64,000 nucleotides of DNA from Octopus vulgaris (taxonomy: Eukaryota), in the NCBI GenBank assembly GCA_951406725.2, contig OX597830.1, positions 61,132,001 to 61,196,000 on the forward strand. The letters are read 5' to 3'. Shown here piece after piece: positions 11,741 to 25,870 of the stretch; the first letter of the stretch is position 1; each line of letters opens with the position of its first letter. Under the pieces are notes generated by a model that saw only the letters and a program-made list of their open reading frames with translations, made no database searches and had not been told where the DNA came from. The translations under genes were made by a program, and so were the position numbers.

Positions 11741-14379
11741 CACCACTGGTCTCCTCAAAATTTCCGGCCTTGTGCCCATATTAGAAAGCGATATTAACGT
11801 CTTGTGGTTGTTTTCCCTAGTGGCGGCCTAGTGTTTTCCTCATCTTGCCAGAATTTATTTCTGCCTTTAGTTCGTAACGTTTGAGTCATTGTTAGCCTAT
11901 TATTCTTCCCTTTGCCCTGTTTTGTTGGACAGTCAGCATAGAACGAGAAGCCCGTCTCATCATGTTTTCTTTAATACGTTTTTGAATACTCCTCTCTTCT
12001 GCTCTTCAAGGGGGGGGGGAATTTTTACGTCTTTACCGACTTTCTTTTCATTGTATTTGAATTTGATCTGTTTCTTTATAGAGTATATCGTTTCTATTAT
12101 CCTATTATGCTAATCACCCTATCTTTTTTCCCCTGAGTATTATCTAGAACCACTGTGATTTCAGTTAGTAAACGACACATCTTCCTGATGTACTTGATAC
12201 AATATATTTAATTTACATCAGATTTCCGATAGTGTATTCGGAATGAAGTCAATAATTTTCTGGTCTTTCTATTCAAGATATTCGGTTCACTTAACTCATA
12301 ATATATTATATTGAATCTATAGTTTTCATAAGTAGAAAAGTTATTACATTTATACCTATTATCTTATTTCTGACACTGGGTTATAATTTAATAGTAGTCA
12401 TATTAGCATTTTTTAATATACTCTGTATCCTTTCTCTTTGTCCTATCCTGTCTATTCACCCTACTTCTAATTGTTAGACTGGTGTTTCTGGATAGCTAAA
12501 TATAATTTATGTTTGAATTCGTCGGCTTTAGCACATAGATATAATCTCATATTCACTTTTTATCAAAACACAATTCACTTACATTTAGGAAGCTTTTCAA
12601 CTGGTTGTTATCATTACTATAATGTTTAAATCGTCCATTTATGGTGAGTGGTTAATATTTTGCCAATAACAACGCGAAGAGCTGGCAGAATTTTTAGCAA
12701 GTTGGGTAAAATACTCAGTGGAATTTCATGCGTCTTTACGTTCTGGGTTCAAATTCCACCTAGATCGACTTTGCCTTTCTCTTTTCGGAGTCGATCAAAT
12801 AAGCACCAGTTGAGTACTGGGATCGATTTGATCGACCTACCCCTCTCCCGAAATTGCTGGCTTTGAGTCAAAATTTGAAACCAATTCTCAAGAAATGCAA
12901 AATATTTCCCTTTTACATTTCTAGTTGTAAAGTTAAGATATACTCCCAATCGTGAGAGACGGGGAAGATGCATCTTTTGACCAATATAACATCATTTTCA
13001 TGTCCGAATTGAAAATATGGTGCATGACAATGCTAAAGCTACTACAACCTCGATTATGTTAGGTCGAACTGAATAACAAATCAAGGCCGATTGCAGAGAT
13101 TGCTCAAAGAAAGATCTGCGCATTGAAATAGAGACCTCAATTCCTTCCAAACAAAATATCGTATGCAAGGCGGTAAAGCGTTTGCGAACAACTGTTAATT
13201 GAAACAATATATTGGAAACAGTACGAAAAGTGTTTATTAGGACAAAAAAAAAAAGTGAAATAACTCGATTGGGCCAATAATAAAAATTAAGATGCTATAT
13301 ACAGTATAATGTAGAAATAGGAACCTGAAACTTCTATTTTTTTTTAGAGAAAGAAAACTAAAAACAAGCGGGAGACAGCGATTAGTTTTTATAAATTTAC
13401 AAATATTTCTCTATGTAGAAAATATGTTACACGGAGTTTTAACCAGCAGTAATTAGAAAAAGTAAAATGGGCTGAAGGTAATACCACAAGCAGATGAACA
13501 ACATGAAATTAGAGGAATTATGGGGTGATCTACGGAATGACGCACGCAAATAAAAAAAAACAACAAAAGACAAAATCAAAGAATATCTCAATTAATCGAA
13601 ATTCCCCTCTTAGTAGGAGAAAGAAAACAGAAAGCTAGCTCTGTTAACAATACTCAATGGAAAGGGGAAACAGTTTAAAGAAATTAACTACTTCACGTGC
13701 TCTGTTGAGGAGGTTCCATAAAATCAAAAGAGTTTGATAGTTGTCCCCTTATTTCTAAGCATGTGAATAAATTTTGTAAAATTAATTCTAAATTTTTCAA
13801 ATTATCTCCTTTTTTCTCTGTGTACTCACTATTATCGCTAGGTTTTTGATTCCTTTCTCCAACTAAAAAAACCAACGATGAAGAAGGAACATTATAAACG
13901 TATCAGAACTAAATACTTTTCCTAACTTGAGTTTCTTTCTTTCCTTTTGATCTGCCACACAGATCAGACGCATTCATGTCTGTCTCCCCTCCTATCTTTT
14001 CGCCTGTCAAAGCTTCTTCCTCCAGCGTTTGCCACCTCACATTGTTACGGCTCAGCAGCCATTATTTTGTGTTTTCACTGTCCTGTTTTTGTTACCAGCT
14101 TTGACCCTCCGCAAATCCTCAATTTTATTTTGCTTTGCGGGAGCAACTGTTTCCTCGAAGACACATCTTGTCGTAATTGCTCCAAATGTGGAGTAGGTAA
14201 AACAGCCGACAACTGATGAAGGGTCGTTCTTTATGTTACTTGTCTTATTTTCCATTTGTTTCTTTCGCTGTTCGCAAAATAGGTTCGTATTCCATGTTTT
14301 CGTATTTCGTATTACATGTTGTTCACGTACCCATATATGCACATGTATATACATATATATGTAAGTATGTACATATATG

Positions 14380-14426
<47 letters not shown>

Positions 14427-14459
14427 AGGAGTGGCTATGTGGTAAGTAGCTTGTTTACT

Positions 14460-14860
14460 ATCACAGCTGCACGCATATCTGCGATGCTTTTCTCAATTCT
14501 GCTGCTTGCAGGTCTCTCAGAACATTCATCGATATCGAGATTTTTCTGCCATCTTGGAAACGTCTGAACCATTCGTACGCTTGTATGCGGCTCATACACT
14601 CTTTTCCATACACTTTCTCAAACTTTGCGGAGGCCTCTGAGCAGGTATCACCATCACAACATTCTCTGTCATGTCAATGCGACGATCACGCTACACTCTT
14701 TCCTTCAAAGCACTGTTGGAAAAGCGGAAGTGAGCTAGAACGTTAAAACTTAGTGCGCATGCACAGCAGAGTCCAAGGTCAACCTGTACCGAGCGGCTTC
14801 AATCTGCATGCTTTAGCTTCGTTACTATGGCAACAATCCGGATACTTACTGATCAGACCT
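14460..14860 (-). mobile_element. mariner-family transposon 5' remnant
   Basis: TIR-like AGGTCTGATCAGTAAGTATCCGGA. Minus translation includes EKVYGKECMSRIQAYEWFRRFQDGR (mariner HTH region). Confidence 0.7.
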
Positions 14861-14904
14861 AATATGTATGTATATATACATACATACTGATCAGACCTAG
14901 TATG

Positions 14905-14966
<62 letters not shown>

Positions 14967-15158
14967 ATATATATACATATATATACATATACGGCGGTTT
15001 TCTTTCAGTTTCGGTCTACCATATCTACTCACAAGGCTTTGGTCGGACCGAGGCAATAGTGGAAGACTATGCCCAAGATTCCACGCAGTGAAACTGAACT
15101 CGGAACCATGTGGTTGGGAAGCAAGCTTCTTACCACACAGGCCACTTATATGTATATC

Positions 15159-15274
<116 letters not shown>

Positions 15275-16220
15275 GATCTCGGTAAATATTTCCGACCGTG
15301 ACCGTTGTCAACTAAACCAAAAGGTTCACTGAATTATTGTGTAAGTGACTGAGTATTCCACGGATACGGTACCCTCCCCTCCTTCATGTAATTCTCAGGT
15401 GGAAGCAAGGCGACGCAGTGTGTGACAAGGCTGGATAGATGAAACACACATAAACACCTATCGAATTGCCTTCTAAGCAGCTTTTGTCTACCACGCCAGT
15501 TGAACTCACAAAGTATGGATTGATCGGAGCAATAGAGGCAGCAAAAGCGGAACCCCCATCTCATGACAGCAAAGCAGGTTGGAACATTTGGCCATGCAAC
15601 ACACACACACACACACACACACACGTGCAAACGCGTAGATACAAACATACAAAGAGGGACATTGTACGTTTAAATATGAATTATATTTTTATTGTTCCAA
15701 CAGAAGGTTAAATGCATACATAAATACACACACACGCACGCGCTCGCACACACACATATTTACAGAAACCAGCGCGTACACACACACACACACATAATGC
15801 ATAAATTATTTCTGTTAAGACAAATGGTCACATATATACAATTAGTCTCAGCCACACTCGTAAATGCATGTTCATAGACACACTTAAAAGAAATGCGTAA
15901 ACTAGACACCAAGCAGAATTTTGTCAGCTATGCCGTGTCATTGGGCAATTTCTAAATATCCTAACGTTTAATATCTCATCACTTACAATTCAATAATGCA
16001 CACATGCGCACACACGCAGACACAAATATACACAAACATACCTATATATTAATGCTTGTTTTTATGTTACGTTTTATGTGGTGTGTATGATGTTGAGTGT
16101 ATAACGGTTACTTTACATATAAATACACACACACACATATATATCACCTAAATATATGTATGCGAGCATGCACGTATACATATGTACATATGTGTTTATG
16201 TACACATGTATGTTCTTGTG

Positions 16221-16280
<60 letters not shown>

Positions 16281-16289
16281 CAAAATAAG

Positions 16290-16452
16290 CGCAGGAGTGG
16301 CTGTGTGGTAAGTAGCTTGCTTACCAACCACATGGTTCCGGCTTCAGTCCCACTGCGTGGCATCATGGGCAAGTGTCTTCTACTATAGCCTCGGGCCGGC
16401 CAAAGCCTTGTGAGTGGATCTGGTAGATGGAAACTGAAAGAAGTCCGTCGTA

Positions 16453-16527
<75 letters not shown>

Positions 16528-16721
16528 ATGTTTGTGTACCTGTGTTTGTCCACCTAGCATTACTTGACAACCGATGCTGGTGTGTTTATGTTTCCGTCAC
16601 TTAGCGGTTCGGCAAAAGAGACCGATAGAATAAGTACTGGGCTTACAAAGAATAAGTTCCTCGACTAAAGGCGGTGCTCCAGCATGGCCGCAGTCAAATG
16701 ACTGAAACAAGTAAAAGAGTA
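16290..16721 (+). mobile_element. SINE family B, full length, nested in the left arm of a palindromic element
   Basis: Complete head to tail (gcaggagtggctgtgtggtaag...gactgaaacaagtaaaagagt) with an internal (TA)n(TG)n. Confidence 0.9.
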
Positions 16722-16980
16722 AAGCAACAAGTATATCCAAGGCAGAGTAGTACAATTGTTTCCTGCTACTTCATTTTATTAAACACTGTAAGTGTTACAT
16801 CAGTTTTAAAATGTCGAGCAATCTTCAGTCACATATAGAATTTTCCAATCAAACGGACAATGCACATTCTTATCCGTATTTTAAAACTGATGTAATACTT
16901 ACAGTGTTAAATCAAATGAAGTAGCATGAAACAATTGTACTACTCTACCTTGGATATACTTGTTGCTTATTTTGATTATA
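16722..16980. repeat. Inverted repeat with ~90 bp arms and ~65 bp spacer; probable Penelope-like terminal remnant that extends to ~17330
   Basis: aagcaacaagtatatccaaggcagagtagtacaattgtttc...acatcagttttaaaat pairs with attttaaaactgatgt...gaaacaattgtactactctaccttggatatacttgttgctt. Confidence 0.85.
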
Positions 16981-17331
16981 ATCACCCCATTTGATTTATA
17001 TGGATAATACCATACAAAATTCTGGTGCCTTTGACTGAAGTACCATATTCATCTGAATCTAAGTTTTGCTGAACTTTTAGTCACCAGTTTGTGCTACTTC
17101 ATGATGACCCGACTAGCAATAGTGAAGGTGTGTTCCTAAATAGAGCCTTGAGATTCATGATATACTCAGTCGGGTGCAGCTAATCGTATATACAACCGGC
17201 ATAGTAATCTGTCTATACGTTGGTATGTAGGTATTTACTTTTATGCTTTCCTAATGTACATGATCCCCTTTATTTAACCTGACCCGGTGGTTTACCATTT
17301 GAGTACTTGATTCACTTGAATCCTGAACTCT

Positions 17332-17365
<34 letters not shown>

Positions 17366-17463
17366 CGTGTGTGTATGTGTGTACGTGTGTGTATGTGTGT
17401 GAGTGCGCGCACGTTCGCGTGCGTGCGTGTGTGTATATATGAGTGAGTGTGTGCATGTGTTTG

Positions 17464-17508
<45 letters not shown>

Positions 17509-17768
17509 AGAGCTTAGTAAATTAATTACTTTGCCACATACTGAACTCATTAGAAATAGCAGCTAAAGAAATTTCTTTAGCCATTTCTAATACTTAAAGA
17601 AGATCTCTCTCAGATAGTGTTTGCTCAAACCAACTCACGAAGGTATGGGGGTAAAAACATTAAAAAATCAAGTGCAAAGGTTATTTGAGAACGTACGTTT
17701 GGTCCCTTTACATACTGAATACTTGGTGAAATTGATTAATAATTAATTAATTTTACCCTCAATTGTTG

Positions 17769-17818
<50 letters not shown>

Positions 17819-17825
17819 ATGGCCG

Positions 17826-17886
17826 GATAACTGAAGAGATGGCGGTGTGAATTTCCACCCCGGCATCCGAAACTCGGAGTTTTATC
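17826..17886 (+). ncRNA. Type I hammerhead ribozyme motif (long helix II, partly decayed)
   Basis: gataa-CTGAAGA-[gatggcggtgtgaatttccaccccggcatcc]-GAAAC-tcgga-GTT/ttatc. Helix I is GATAA:TTATC. The motif sits in a (TA)n-flanked island. Confidence 0.7.
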
Positions 17887-18114
17887 ATGGCTACCGAATA
17901 ATTGTCACATATTACAATTACAATTACAGATAATTTCCTCTATTTACATAATATCCAGGTCTCTTTCATTCTTTTGTTGTCTTACCATTTTTATAAATAT
18001 ATATATACATATATATATATATATCTACGCATTTATTAAAGTCGAAAAAGTCTTTGCCAACTGTCACTCAGAGTTTCAAGTTCTTGTTCACCAGACATCT
18101 GTAATCATACTGTA

Positions 18115-19348
18115 CACTAACACTAGTTTCGTCCAAATGTCTCATGTGCAAAATAAGAGAACCATTAGACTTCTTCAGAAATTTCTGGGAATTTCAAACA
18201 TTGCATACATTTGCAGGCTCAACGTTACTACCGTCGCAAGATTGTGCTGGCTTCCGAACATGGCACACAACGTTAAAGTTACTCCCCATCTCCGAAAAGA
18301 AATTGTTTCAGGAATGACTTTCTCGGCTATTTCACGAGATGTAAGGAGATCTAAAAGTGTTGTTGCACGTGTTCTTAAGCTCTATGAAGAAAGTAAAGGT
18401 TCTGAACCGGAGAAGGCAACTGGTAGACCACGCAAAACAACCATGCAAGATGATCGAGTCATGAAACTACGTGTTGAAGGATTCTCTCGAGAATGCGGTT
18501 AGAATTTCTAAGAAAATAAAAGTAAATAATGGTACGAAAGTGAGCTGCTTTACAGTGTCTCGTCATCTGAAGGAATTTGGATCAAAGACTCGTTCCCCGG
18601 CAACGAAACCCACCAGCAGCAAGAAGGACAGATTGGAAAGACTTTCATTCGTAGAAACCCATGTGGACTGGAGGGATGAAAATTGGTCAAGAAGTTCATT
18701 TTAGCGATGAAAGCGAATTCAACTTAGTAGGTTCAGATGTTAGCCAGTATGTTAGGTACTTCACAGGAGAACGGCTAAAATCCAAGTGTCTGAAGAAATC
18801 TGCCAAGTTTGGAGGAGGGAGCGTCATGGTGTGGAGATAGATTTCTTCTGAAGGAGTTGGCCTTCTAGTGCAGATTAAGGGGACCGTTAATCCCAATATC
18901 TATTTGAATTTGGTTAAACAGCATTGATCCCTTCATTACAAGCATTTCCGAATCAACCATGCGTTTTCATGCAAGATAACACCCCTTGTCATACTGCAAA
19001 GCGTGGCCAGCACAAGGTCCAGACATAAATCGAACTGAAAATCTTTGGAAGATACTTGGAGACAAAGTAACAGAAAGCGCACCATCTACGACGAATTTAT
19101 GGAAGATACAAGAATAGGAATGGCAGAAAGTAACAGCTGACTTGTGCAGAAAATTCGTTATGTGCTGAGGCAATCGATGTGCAGAGGTGATCGCCAACAA
19201 ATGTCTACAAACATCATAGTAACTGTATTAAGTTCATATTTACATTTCTTACACTCATTGGTAGGGTTTTGAGTTAATTGAAGCATGTTTTGGTTTGAGC
19301 GTTCTCCTATTTTGTACATGAGACATCTGGACGAAACTAGTATTAGTG
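18115..19348 (+). mobile_element. Tc1-like transposon with TIRs; transposase pseudogene
   Basis: ~48 bp TIRs (cactaacactagtttcgtccaaatgtctcatgtgcaaaataagagaac), with TA at the left end. Motifs GRPRKTT, FSDESEF, GGGSVMVW, QDNTPCH and PDINRTENLW are disrupted by frameshifts. Confidence 0.92.
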
Positions 19349-19494
19349 TTATTAACTTTTATTGCACAAACTTAAATATTTCACAGAATTTAGCAAACGG
19401 TCAACCGTATTTACGGAACCTATTGCGAACTTGTACGTTTGCTAGCTTTTCCGCAATTTAAAAAAATATTAACCGTTCTTTTCTTTTTGCTCGC

Positions 19495-19626
<132 letters not shown>

Positions 19627-19828
19627 CATACATACATACATACATATGCATGTATACATACATATGCATATACATACACGCACACATGCATATGCATATA
19701 CATGGGGCATTTTAAACGTTGGGCAAAATGCTTGGCAGTATTTCGTTCGTCTTTACGAACTGAGATCAAATTCCAGAGAGATCGTCTTTGCCTTTCATCC
19801 TTTCGGTAAAGTTTATAACACAGACACC

Positions 19829-19915
<87 letters not shown>

Positions 19916-20034
19916 CATACATACATACATACATACATACATACATACATACATACATACATACGTACGTACATACATACATACATACACACATACACAC
20001 ACAATACATGCATGCATACACACTCACACTACAC

Positions 20035-20085
<51 letters not shown>

Positions 20086-20232
20086 GCAGCAACTTCGGGG
20101 GTGACGTTATATATATATACATATATACATATATATATACATAAATATTAACACACACAACCGAAAGAGCTATTAATAGTTTCATGCTTTCATGATACTT
20201 GAACATGTATATTTATAAAATACGCCATGTAT

Positions 20233-20295
<63 letters not shown>

Positions 20296-21426
20296 GCACT
20301 TACACAAGTATGTATACATGCATTTATCTATGTATACGTGTACATGTACATATATATCTTTATCTATATCTATATGTGCATGTAGGTGTGTTTGCTGTGT
20401 ATATGTGTATATATACATGTGTGCACGTTTAATCTTCATTTCATCTTATTTGGTACTTCGTTTATCGAACCCGAAGAAATAGGAAGCAAAGCTGACCTCA
20501 ACCAGGATTTGAACTCGAAACAACATGTCGGAAAAAATACCGCAAATCATTCTGTCCAGTGCTCTACCGACTCTGACAAGTCGCCGTTTACCTACCTATC
20601 TATCTGCCTGCCTACCTACCTACCTACCTACCTACCTACCTACCTACCTACCTACCTATCGACATACGTACATATATATATACATACATAATATTACATA
20701 TATATATATACATATATATATATAGATATATATGTATACACACACACACGCATACACATATGCAGATGTATCTATACATGTATAGTTATATAATATATAT
20801 ATAATACACGTTTGTATATATATATATATACACTCATGTGTATATATGTGATATATATATATATATATATTTATATACATACATGTAATGCATATATATT
20901 CACTCGCACACATGTATGTATGTATGCATGTATGCATGCTTGTATGTATGTATGTATGTATGTATGTATGTATGTATGAATGTATGTATGTATGTTTGTG
21001 CGTGTGTGTGTGTGTGTGTGTGTGTTTGTGTGTCAATCTCCTCATCGATTGTTGTATAGTTCTATATAGATGTGTAAGTCATATGAACATTATACTAGAT
21101 ACCACTATCCTGTTATCAAGAGTACCAAATGCTATCTCATCATTCCTTGAAACGTATAAAACACACGACCACAATACGTTAAATATATGATTAAAGCACT
21201 ATTAATATTGTATGTTGTCAGCAATACGTCACTGCTCCAAATATTGAACTAGCACAATATAACTTATATGTGTCTACCATCAGCTAAACAACGCCAGCAC
21301 TCATAGCCGGCCACGCCACCATCAACACAATGCGATATCACCTTTGAAGTCGAAATTACAAAGCTGTCCACACCCGCACCCCAACGTTCACGACTAATAT
21401 TTAATTAAACTGTCACCAACAGTTAT

Positions 21427-21795
21427 AGGCGCGGACGTGGTTGTATGGTAAGAAGCTTGCTTCCCAACCACATGGTTCCGGGTTCAGTTCCACTGCGTGA
21501 TACCTTCGGCAAGTGTCTTCTACTATGGCCTCGGGCCGACCAAAGCTTTGTGAGTGGATTTGGTGGACAGAAACTGAAAGAAGCCCGTCGTATATATGTA
21601 TATATATGTATGTGTGTGTATATGTTTGTGTGTCTGTGTTTGTCCGCCACCATCGCTTGACAACCGATGTTGGTGTGTTTACGTTCCCGTAACTTAGCGG
21701 TTCGGCAAAAGAGACCGATAGAATAAATCGTACGCTTACAAAGAATAAATCCTGGGGTCGATTCGCTTGACTAAACGACTGAAACAAGTAAAAGA
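21427..21795 (+). mobile_element. SINE family B
   Basis: Full family pattern. Confidence 0.88.
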
Positions 21796-21949
21796 ACACT
21801 TAATAATAACGAGTCAGTGGGGTAGTCCGGATGTGACGTCACACTGGAATATGTTGATATGCTCTATCTAAGAAACCGTCAAGGTGGTCACAGTTGGAAG
21901 GTTTTTGATTATAGGTATACTTTTCTGGAACTGATGTAAAAATATTACT

Positions 21950-22172
21950 CTTTTACTTTTTTACTCTTTTAGTTGTTTCAGTCGTTTGACTGTGGCCATG
22001 CTGGAGCACCGCCTTTAGTCGAGCATATCGACCCGAGGGCTTATTCTTTGTAAGCCTAGTACTTATTCTATCGATCTCTTTTGCTTAGTTACGGGGACGT
22101 AAACACACCATCATCGGTTGTCAAGTGACGTTGGGGGGACAAACACAGACACAAACATATACACACACATAC

Positions 22173-22242
<70 letters not shown>

Positions 22243-22322
22243 CAGGCTTCTTTCAGTTTCAGTCTACCAAATCCACTCACAAGGCTTTGGTCGGCCCGAG
22301 GCTATAGTGGAAGACACTTGCC
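21950..22322 (-). mobile_element. SINE family B (5'-truncated), inverted relative to the 21427 copy
   Basis: Reverse complement of the family pattern. Confidence 0.85.
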
Positions 22323-22791
22323 ATGTAAAAAGATTTATCAAGAGACAAACCTCTGGAATGATGAGGTGGTAATCGGCCGTTCCAAACCGTATTTTCGATT
22401 GAGTAATGCCATTAGGTTTAATTGAAACATGTTAATTGCATTGTGTATAAGTTACTTTTATGATGTCGATGACTTATTAAAATTATGTTCAGTTAAAAAA
22501 AAAATGAGGTCACTGTGTATTTATTACTGGTCACTTTCAGGCCAATTGGTCATGTGTTCAAATAGCGGTAGGTAAAAAACTAACGTCTTAGCGATATTAC
22601 ATCACGTTCAAACACTATAGAGGTTGGCTAATGAATTTGTGTCGTCGTTTGTATAAATCCGCAACACCAACACACGTGGTTTCGAGTTCTGTACCACTGT
22701 ACCAACAAGTGTCTTCTAGTGTAACCCCCACCTCCCGGGGCGACCAAAGCATTGAAAATGAATTTGGTAAACGGAAACTGAGAGAAGGGTA

Positions 22792-22862
<71 letters not shown>

Positions 22863-22947
22863 TGTATGTATATATATGTATACACACATACACACACGTA
22901 TATACTTATGCATGTATGTTTGTGCTGTGTTTGTCCCCTCAGTGTTG

Positions 22948-23925
22948 GTTTAAGTTAAGTTAAGTTAATTTTTGGGCTCAAAAAGCAAAAAGCAAGGCCA
23001 TGTAAGGGGACATGGAGTTATGTACTGGGAGGGTGTTCATGCAAAGCGTTCAGGCCATTTCTGGTCAAGAGAGACTTTGAACCGAGCGGTCGTCGGCATC
23101 TTCACTATCTCGTCCGGCAGCTTATTTCACACGGAGAAAGCCCCTCTCCTTCGATTGAGATGAAATCGTTGCAGATAGAGCTTTTCGGAGTGACCCCGCA
23201 GCCAACGCTTTGGAACAGGAGTGAAGAACAGCTCTTTCGAGAGGTTACACTTTCCGCTTATGATGTTGTGAGCGAGAATGAGATCACCACGGCGTCGTTG
23301 TTTTTCTAGAGAATAAAGGTCGAGCGTCTTCAGCCTTTCTTCATAAGACAAATTCTTGAGACCAAGAACCATGCGGGTATCCAGCTTCTGGACTCTTTCG
23401 AGATGATGTATGCCTTTGAGGAGATAAGGAGAAGAGGCTTGAATCCCGTACCCCAATATGGGTCTCACCAGCGTGACATAGAGTGGTAGGAATATGGCTG
23501 CTGTGAGCATTCCGAATGACCGTCGAATCAAAAACAGAACTCCGCGTGCTTTGTTGGCAGCATGGACGCACTGGACCGAAGGCGAAAAGGAAGAATCCAC
23601 CAAGATACCCAGGTCCTTTACCTGGTCGGTCCTCTCCAGCAGCAGACGACCCGGCTCGAAATCAAGTTGAGTTGCAGGAGTAGAGCCGACAGGCAGATGA
23701 CAGCACTTTGACACGTTCAGACACAGGTCCCATTCGTTAGACCATCTCCAAATTTGGTGGAGGCATCGACGAAGATCATCCATATCACCGCGAGGAGCGA
23801 CCAGTTTGACATCGTCGGCAAATAGAAGGGTGTGTTGCGTGAGGTCGTCGGGCAAGTCATTTATGAAGACTAAGAACAATAAGGGCCCAAGCACTGAACC
23901 TTGAGGCACGCCACTGCTCGCACTG
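22948..23925 (-). mobile_element. CR1-clade LINE, 5'-truncated, with the C-terminal reverse transcriptase region open; inserted in a family B SINE
   Basis: ORF 23127-23909 has PQGSVLGPLLFLVFINDL, LFADDVKL, KDLGILVD and RRRGDLI, then a (TTAAC)n tail. SINE B halves lie at ~22640-22947 and ~23926-24090. Confidence 0.93.
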
Positions 23926-24899
23926 CTTTGTTTACGTTCTCATAACCTAGCGGTTCGACAAGACTGACCAATAGCATAAGTACCAGGTTTTAAAATGATA
24001 AGCACTGGCGTCGATTTGTTTCGACTAAGTCCTTCCAGGCAGTGCACCAGTAGGATCGCTGTCTAATGTCTGAAATAACTGAAAAGAATATATAAAGATT
24101 TGTGCGCGCTCAAGCACATGTACTGTGGAGTTACTTTAATATAAAGTTTAAACAGAACAGTATCACAAGGAATGAAGTTTACTCATGAAACACAGGACAT
24201 CCGGTATTAAGTCTACTGACAGCCAGCCAGACACACAAACACACGCGTCTGTAAAAGCGCGCGTGCTTGTGTAAAAATGCAGTTACACAAATGAAAAAGT
24301 TTCCATTGATAATGTATGCAGCATATGTTTTTACTTACATTATCAACCCCGAAAGGATGAAAAGCATAGTCGACCCCAAAGTGATTTAAAGCTGAGTCGA
24401 TCCCAGCTGCATTTGAACTCAGAATGTTAAAGGCAGCCGCTAAGAATTTTGTCCGGCGTGGAAACGATTCCGCCAGTTCGCCGCCTTAAAAATACTGGTT
24501 TCAAATTTTGGTACAAGGCCAGCAATTTTTGCGGGAGAGGGTAAGTCGATTGCATCGACTCCGGTGCTCAACTTGTACTTATTTTATCGACCCCGAAATG
24601 ATGAAAGGCAAAGTTGACCTCAGCGGAATTTGACCCCAAAAAGTAAAGACGGTACAGGACGGTATGCTTATGATTCTACCAGTTCACTGCATTCACATCT
24701 TTGTAATAATAATAATAATCGTTTCAAAATTTGACACGATGCCAGTAATTTCGAGGGAGGGAGTTCAACTGGTACTATTTTTATGAAAGGTAAAGTCAAC
24801 CACAGAACGTGAAGACGGTACAAGACAATACAATGCGGGGTTACGTAAATGAAGCGTGTAAACAGTGAAAATGATGACCAAATAAATTTTAACAAAGAA

Positions 24900-25870
24900 A
24901 AATTCCGCCCAGAAGGGACTTCCTAGAGTTGCTCTACCCACCAGGGCAAGTGTCCTCTTCACATCGTTTACGGGTGCATGTTTAGAATAGGCTCATTTAC
25001 TCGGACCATACTTGCCACGTTCACTAGCGTTTCAATAAAACTGCAGGGCAGGCAACGATTTTCACTCTGACCTCACCTTTCTTTTCAAGTGAAATTTAAA
25101 GATCTTGATGAGGGCTTGGCCAGAGTGGAAAGTATCTGTCTTCAGTCCTTTTAATTTGGTCCACCGCACAACCTCTTTTGCTAAGACCACCGAACCAATA
25201 AGCACCGTTTATCTTTTCGACCAAAAGAAGGCGGTGAAACGATCTTTATAATGAACTCAGCCGATAGCCGGATCCGTCCTGCGCATGACAGCAGGTGTTC
25301 GACATAAACCCACATGTCAGTAATGCTCGGACACTTAATGAGAGCATTGCAGAACAGTTTCTTTTTTTGTGGGGGATGGGGATATAAGGGCTTAGATAAA
25401 AGCCAAAAGCAGCATTAGTACGAAATAGAAAACTAGATCGGTTTGTAAGTGTACATCCGCTCTTCGATTTCGCAGGACTGGCTATCCTACCGTTCTCCCG
25501 CTAGTTACTGTAGATATCTGCCAAGGGGTCTCCAAACAAGTCTGTTACGTGAAAAAAACGTTCGAAGGACAGACCATTCAAACTAAGCGATTGGCCACCC
25601 GCGCACCCAACCATCCCTTCTCATATTTCCGTGGTTGTTATCGGCCTTTTGTAACACTCTAACTCACTTGCCAAGAGTTGCGGCAGACCGACGATGTAGG
25701 CACTGAGATCCATCCTGCATTCCGGCTTACCACTCGTCCTGAACAATCGGGCAAAGTGCTGTTGAAAAGCTGCCGATATCTGTTTGGGGTCCAGTAAGAA
25801 GTGTCTATTTTGATTCGTCAAAGATCGAATTTCGGCTTTGTTGCTATGTTGCAATTTCACTATTCGGACT
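24900..25870 (-). mobile_element. Highly degraded L1/Tx1-like LINE fragments
   Basis: The peptide LDPKQISAAFQQHFARLF...GLPQL...PITTTEI resembles the L1/Tx1 ORF2 linker. The remainder is decayed. Confidence 0.45.

Noticed and set aside
12950-13780. Possible ancient LINE coding remnant (also 35830-37100 and 37800-38060)
   Set aside because: Too decayed to assign by eye, with no hh exon 2 motifs; it needs a profile search.
14205-14245. CTGATGA motif in a possible Penelope-like remnant
   Set aside because: There is no downstream GAAA or pairable helices, so it cannot be folded as a hammerhead.
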